Below are positions 59,435 to 64,000 of a DNA stretch of 64,000 nucleotides, in pieces; position 1 is the first letter of the stretch, and each line of letters starts with the position of its first letter. A program made the translations under genes and the position numbers. The DNA lies in assembly GCA_965219685.1 (NCBI GenBank), contig CBDCOH010000002.1, positions 1,216,001 to 1,280,000 of the forward strand. Reading direction: 5' to 3'. This DNA is from Candidatus Spongiisociaceae bacterium (GTDB lineage Bacteria > Actinomycetota > Acidimicrobiia > Spongiisociales > Spongiisociaceae). The notes below the pieces were generated by a model. It was not told where the DNA came from and did no database searches. It worked only from the letters and a program-made list of their open reading frames with translations.

Positions 59435-61654
59435 TCACGATCTGAACAGCCACTCCACGCGCTCCCCTAGCAGCACCCTCACCTCTTCCCTGATCTCAGG
59501 ATGCGCATCCAGGTCCGGATCTTCCTCTACGAGGGAAAACGCTTCTCGGCGAGCCGCTATGAGCTCCCTGCGGTCCCTGAGGATGTCGGCGATCCGCAGA
59601 TCCGAGAATCCCGACTGGCGCGCCCCGAAGACCGTGCCGTGGCCGCGTATCCGGAGGTCCTCCTCCGCCAGGCGGAAGCCATCCGAGTGCTTGACCATCG
59701 CGTCCAGACGCCGGGCGCCGTCCTTGGTGGTGGGATCGGCTAGGAGGATGCACTCGGAGCGGTCCGGTCCCCTGCCGACGCGGCCGCGCAACTGGTGCAG
59801 TTGGCTCATGCCAAAGCGGTCTGCGTCCCTGATGACCATCACCGTGGCGTTGGGCACGTCGATCCCCACCTCGATCACGGTGGTCGCCACCAGCACATCG
59901 GTCTCGCCCCTGCGGAAGGAGTCCATCACCGCCTCCTTCCGGGACGGTGCCATCTGGCCGTGCAGGAGCCCCAGGCTCAGCTCCGGGAACACCTCCCCCA
60001 GCCTCTCGTGCTCGGCCACCGCGGATGCCGCCTCCACCCGGGCCGAACCCTCGACCAGCGGGCAGACCACGAATGCCTGGTGCCCGCTCGCCACCTCCCG
60101 CCGGATCGTCCTCTGGGCTTTCTCGAGGCCCGGGCCGTCCATCGACCCGAACCATGTCCTGACCGGTTTCCGCCCGGGTGGCATCTCGTCGATCTCCGAC
60201 ACGTCGAGGTCTCCGTACAGCGTCATGGAGAGGGTCCTGGGGATGGGGGTGGCGGTCATGATCAGCAGGTCGGGGTCGACCCCCTCGGCCTTGTTCTTGA
60301 GCTTGACCCTTTGATGAACGCCGAAACGGTGCTGCTCGTCGACGACGGCCACCCCGAGCCGGCGGAAGCGTACCCCTTCCTGGATGAGGGCGTGCGTACC
60401 GATCAGCACGTCGATCCGGCCGTCGGCGATCCACTCGAGCAGTTCCTCCCGTCTGGTCGATCCTCTGCTGTGGACGTTGACCTCGGCGTGGTTCCCCGTG
60501 AGGAGGGCCACCAGGAGTCCGGACCCGTCACCCTGATCGGCAGGTATGTCGAAGAGTGAGACCGACCCGTGAGGGCGGGCTGCCATGCTCGAGTCGGCCA
60601 GCAGGCGGCAAACCCCTTCGTAATGTTGCTCGGCCAGCACCTCGGTGGGGGCCATCACCGCTGCCTGGTACCCCCCCTGCACTCCGGTGAGGACGGTCGC
60701 GACTGCTACCACCGTCTTTCCGGAGCCCACCTCCCCCTGCAGGAGCCGGTGCATCGGGTAGGGGCGGGCGAGATCCTCGCTGATCTCGCCTATGACCCGC
60801 TGCTGGGCGCCGGTCAGGCGGAATGGCAGACCGTGGATGAACTTCTCCACCAGGCCGGGGCCCTCCCCGGTGCTATGGGTGATCCCGACGGAGCCGGCCA
60901 TCTTGCGCTGCTTGGTCATGGCCAGCGCCACCTCGAGCCGGAAGAACTCGTCGAAGATCAGCCGGCGCCGGGCGGGACCCACCTCACCGAGGTTCTCGGG
61001 GAAGTGGACGGAGTTGACCGCCCGGTCCCGGTCGATGAGTTCGTGGCCCTCCCGGATCCCGATGGGAAGCGGATCAGCGATGGGGCGGGAGCGTTTCAGG
61101 GCATTGTGGACACCGAGCCGCAGGTAGGCGGGCGTCGCGTCGCCGACCGCCCGGTATACCGGAACCACCCGGCCCACCGCCAGGTTCTCGCCACCGGTGG
61201 TGAGGATGTCCACGGCCGGGGACGTGATCTGCAGGCGACCGCGGTAGCGCTCGATCTTGCCCGACAGCGCCACCTCGGCCCCGCGGTCCAAGCGTCGGGC
61301 CTGGTACTCCTGGTTGAACCAGATGGCCCTCAAGGAACCCGTGTCGTTGCCGATCAACGCTTCGACGATGACCAGGCGGCGCCGGGGCCGTCTGACCGAG
61401 ACCCGCAGAACCCGACCGATCACGGTGGTCTCCACGCCTTCCTCGACCTCATCGAGCCGCATGATCTGCGATCGGTCCACGTACCTTCTGGGAATGTGGA
61501 ACAGGAGGTCGGTAACCGTTTCGATACCCTTCTCACGGAGCGAAGCGGACCGCTTGCCGCCGAGCCACCTGACCCGATCGACCCCTACTCGGTGGAGATA
61601 GGCGAGGCTCCTCACCTCCGTTGTGGTCCCGCTGCCCACGGTCGGCCGTTCCAT
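59435..61654 (-). CDS. recG: ATP-dependent DNA helicase RecG
   Basis: QGEVGSGKT, DEQHRFG, TATPIPRTL, QLRGRVGR. Confidence 0.97.
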   Translation of the reverse strand: MERPTVGSGTTTEVRSLAYLHRVGVDRVRWLGGKRSASLREKGIETVTDLLFHIPRRYVDRSQIMRLDEVEEGVETTVIGRVLRVSVRRPRRRLVIVEALIGNDTGSLRAIWFNQEYQARRLDRGAEVALSGKIERYRGRLQITSPAVDILTTGGENLAVGRVVPVYRAVGDATPAYLRLGVHNALKRSRPIADPLPIGIREGHELIDRDRAVNSVHFPENLGEVGPARRRLIFDEFFRLEVALAMTKQRKMAGSVGITHSTGEGPGLVEKFIHGLPFRLTGAQQRVIGEISEDLARPYPMHRLLQGEVGSGKTVVAVATVLTGVQGGYQAAVMAPTEVLAEQHYEGVCRLLADSSMAARPHGSVSLFDIPADQGDGSGLLVALLTGNHAEVNVHSRGSTRREELLEWIADGRIDVLIGTHALIQEGVRFRRLGVAVVDEQHRFGVHQRVKLKNKAEGVDPDLLIMTATPIPRTLSMTLYGDLDVSEIDEMPPGRKPVRTWFGSMDGPGLEKAQRTIRREVASGHQAFVVCPLVEGSARVEAASAVAEHERLGEVFPELSLGLLHGQMAPSRKEAVMDSFRRGETDVLVATTVIEVGIDVPNATVMVIRDADRFGMSQLHQLRGRVGRGPDRSECILLADPTTKDGARRLDAMVKHSDGFRLAEEDLRIRGHGTVFGARQSGFSDLRIADILRDRRELIAARREAFSLVEEDPDLDAHPEIREEVRVLLGERVEWLFRS

Positions 61655-61751
61655 GCAGGTCAGGATACGGCAGGCGGCGCCGGTCGGGTTCCGGCGGTGA
61701 TCGCCCGGCCGGCCGCTGGCAACAGCAGGAGCCCGACTACACTGCCTGGCC

Positions 61752-61964
61752 ATGCAAGGGGTGGTCAAACTCTACGACCCGAACACCGGAGCCGGGGTGG
61801 TCGTGCTCGACGTGGACCGGAGCGAGGTGTACCTTCGGGCCGGATCCCTGGCGGGCAGCGTCTTCCGCCTGCTGCGTCAGGGTCAGAGGATCATCTTCGA
61901 CGTCGAGGAGGACGGCGGCCGCCGTTTCGTGCATACGGTCCGGATGGGATCGGACGGCAGGTGA
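61752..61964 (+). CDS. Cold-shock domain protein
   Basis: MQGVVKLYDPNTGAGVV...FRLLRQGQRIIFDV. Confidence 0.75.
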   Translation: MQGVVKLYDPNTGAGVVVLDVDRSEVYLRAGSLAGSVFRLLRQGQRIIFDVEEDGGRRFVHTVRMGSDGR

Positions 61965-62028
61965 CGGAGCCCGAGCTTCCGGAGTCGACAACCGTTACAG
62001 TTCATCGAGACAGCCCGAGAGGAGCACC

Positions 62029-62262
62029 GTGGTCGAGGCATACGTGCTCATACAGACCGAAGTCGGCAAGGCCAAAGTGGTGGCGGACCAGGTCCGCCTC
62101 ATCGACGGCATCGAGTCCGCCGACGACGTGACCGGACCCTACGACGTGATAGTGCGTGCGGAGGCCGGCGACGTCGATCAACTGGGCCGGCTGGTAGTAG
62201 CCAGCATCCAGGCCATCAACGGCATCACCAGAACACTCACCTGCCCGATCGTCCACCTTTGA
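62029..62262 (+). CDS. Lrp/AsnC ligand-binding domain protein
   Basis: VEAYVLIQTEVGK...VTGPYDVI...ITRTLTCP; RBS AGGAG. Confidence 0.9.
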   Translation: MVEAYVLIQTEVGKAKVVADQVRLIDGIESADDVTGPYDVIVRAEAGDVDQLGRLVVASIQAINGITRTLTCPIVHL

Positions 62263-62276
62263 CGACGGCCTGCGGA

Positions 62277-63353
62277 TCAGCCGAGCTTGGCGGCGATCGA
62301 GGCGGCGCTCCGTAGGGCGACCCCGTCGGAGCCCGCGGTGGAGAAGACCCTCGCACTCGAGTTCTCCATCTCGCTGACCAGGTCCAGCACGATCTGTCGG
62401 CGGCTGATCGGCGGATCGACCCACAGGTAGAGCGACAGGCTTCCGGGAATGGTGTTGACCTCGTTGATCCACAGTTCTCCGTCCCGTTCCAGGAAGTCGA
62501 GGCGCGCGATCGACCTGATTCCCGCCAGCTCCGTGACAGTGGCCGCCAGCGACCGGATCCGGCCCTCGAGGTCGGGGGGGAGCCTGGCCGGAAGTTCCCG
62601 TGCGGAGCCTTCGATCCCGCCCCCTGAGAGGTACTTCTCCTCGTACCCGTAGAACTGGTCGCTAACCGGGGCTTCGATCGCTGACAGTTGGAATTCCGGG
62701 TAGGTGCGGATGGCGACGTTCAGGTCCCTCCCACCATCCAGATAGGGTTCGATGACCCCACCACGATCCATGTGAGGCGACGATCGGAGCAGCGCCAGGG
62801 CGGTCCCGTAGTCGTCGACCACCTCGATGCCGATCGAGGAGCCGCCGAAGCGCGGCTTCACTATGTAGGGAGGGGGGTAGTCCGGTTCGGCGCCAGGGGC
62901 GAGCAGCCGGCGCGGAAGGCCGGGCAACCCGGCTGCCGACACCAGGGCGCCGAAAGCCAGCTTGTCCATGCAGAGGGCCGACGCGGCGGCGTCGGTGCCC
63001 GAGTGGCGGACGCCGACGATGTCCAAGGCTCCCTGGAGGGTTCCGTCCTCGCCCGGGCCCCCGTGGCAGCAGTTCAGAACGGTGTCGACATCCAGCCTGC
63101 GACGCTTCACCATCCACCCGATGTTGGGCTCCGCGACGAACCGCAACTCGCGCGCCTTGGGCGGAGGACCTGCGGCGTAGTGGGACGCCTCCCCGGCCGG
63201 GTCCACCCTGTACCAGCGCCCCACCTTCGACCAGTAGACGGCCACGGGGTCCCGGCCCGCCTCGGCCAGCAGCCGAGAGGCCTGGAGGCCGGTCAGCACG
63301 CTTATGTCGTGTTCGGGGGAAGGGCCGCCGAACACGACCGCCGGATTGGTCAT
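62277..63353 (-). CDS. ddl: D-alanine--D-alanine ligase
   Basis: FGGPSPEHDIS, HGGPGEDG, GSSIG, YEEKY, NEVNTIPG. Confidence 0.93.
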   Translation of the reverse strand: MTNPAVVFGGPSPEHDISVLTGLQASRLLAEAGRDPVAVYWSKVGRWYRVDPAGEASHYAAGPPPKARELRFVAEPNIGWMVKRRRLDVDTVLNCCHGGPGEDGTLQGALDIVGVRHSGTDAAASALCMDKLAFGALVSAAGLPGLPRRLLAPGAEPDYPPPYIVKPRFGGSSIGIEVVDDYGTALALLRSSPHMDRGGVIEPYLDGGRDLNVAIRTYPEFQLSAIEAPVSDQFYGYEEKYLSGGGIEGSARELPARLPPDLEGRIRSLAATVTELAGIRSIARLDFLERDGELWINEVNTIPGSLSLYLWVDPPISRRQIVLDLVSEMENSSARVFSTAGSDGVALRSAASIAAKLG

Positions 63354-63552
63354 GCCGTTCCTCCACACATGTCGAGTCCGCTGGGGTTGACCGCTCTGGT
63401 ACAGAGGCTAGGCGACGGGCAGCCGTTCGCCGGTGATCTCTGGCTGGTGGTTGGTGGCCGCCTGCCCGACTAGGCCATCGCCGGCAAGACCGAACTCGTC
63501 TTGGATACCCATCGGAGTTAACCGGTGACCACTGAGGGGTCCGTCCCCTGCC

Positions 63553-64000
63553 CTACGGGTAATGATCCGGCAGGTCGTTCTCGTACAGCACCGCATCATC
63601 CGGGCCCAGGCGACCGCGCACCCACTCCACCGCCTCCTCCCGGTGGTCCACAAGCGTGATCCGGGCCCTCCGCCCGCGGGCTCCGCGAGCCAACCACCTG
63701 CGATTGGCCCTGCCGACGATCACCAGGTCGTCGGCGACCTCGGCCGCCGACGTACCGAGAGCGATGTTCTCGCCCTTCTGGCGAGGACCGAGTTCGATCA
63801 TCCCCGGCGTTACCACCACCCGCCGCGCCCCGGGACCCCCGCTGGCCGCGAGGACCTCCAATGCCCTGGCGGCGCCGGCCGGGTTCGAGTTGAAGGTGTC
63901 GTCGATGATCGTGAACCCCTTCGAGGACACCCCGACCGATTGGCGATGCTCCGTCTGGGTGATTCCCCGGCTCCGGTCGGCGATGGCGCCGGCCTCGACC
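63553..64000 (-). CDS. murF: UDP-MurNAc-tripeptide--D-Ala-D-Ala ligase, C-terminal part
   Basis: IIDDTFNSNP, TPGMIELG, ENDLPD. Confidence 0.88.
   Translation of the reverse strand, partial: VEAGAIADRSRGITQTEHRQSVGVSSKGFTIIDDTFNSNPAGAARALEVLAASGGPGARRVVVTPGMIELGPRQKGENIALGTSAAEVADDLVIVGRANRRWLARGARGRRARITLVDHREEAVEWVRGRLGPDDAVLYENDLPDHYP

Noticed and set aside
62277-63353. Possible D-Ala-D-Lac (Van-type) ligase
   Set aside because: Omega loop reads YEEKY with Tyr, it neighbours murF, and there are no van genes.

Overview
A high-GC actinobacterial chromosome segment, most consistent with Acidimicrobiia (inferred from gene order, SLH-type repeats and small conserved proteins). Most of it is housekeeping backbone on the minus strand: tig, six tRNAs, rdgB-rph, dprA-comM-yraN, lepB-rplS-trmD, cofH/cofG, rimM-khpA-rpsP-ffh, upp-pdp-etfBA, Prim-PolC/LigC, cdd-ftsY-smc-mutM-rnc-plsX-rpmF-coaD-rsmD-recG, ddl-murF. 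An accessory region (~7.7-21.9 kb) abuts the 3' end of tRNA-Lys. It holds a Liv-type ABC/deacylase cluster, small ORFs, a structured RNA candidate and an IS1595 transposase split by an IS6110-like IS3 element. The most striking unannotated signal is intergenic: four full, strongly diverged copies plus one partial copy of a ~255-bp element with short terminal inverted repeats and CTAG/CCAG flanks, each sitting at a gene's stop codon. These co-occur with dispersed heptamer arrays that also host two other miniature elements (IS1380-like and IS3-like). Other notable items: three TGTCAC-N10-(T/C)ANNNT promoters on yraN, comM-dprA and an orphan ~160-nt transcript; a CofH carrying an apparently dead CofG-like domain; and an LRR-SLH-betaine-binding fusion protein. 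All calls are by eye; no database searches were run.
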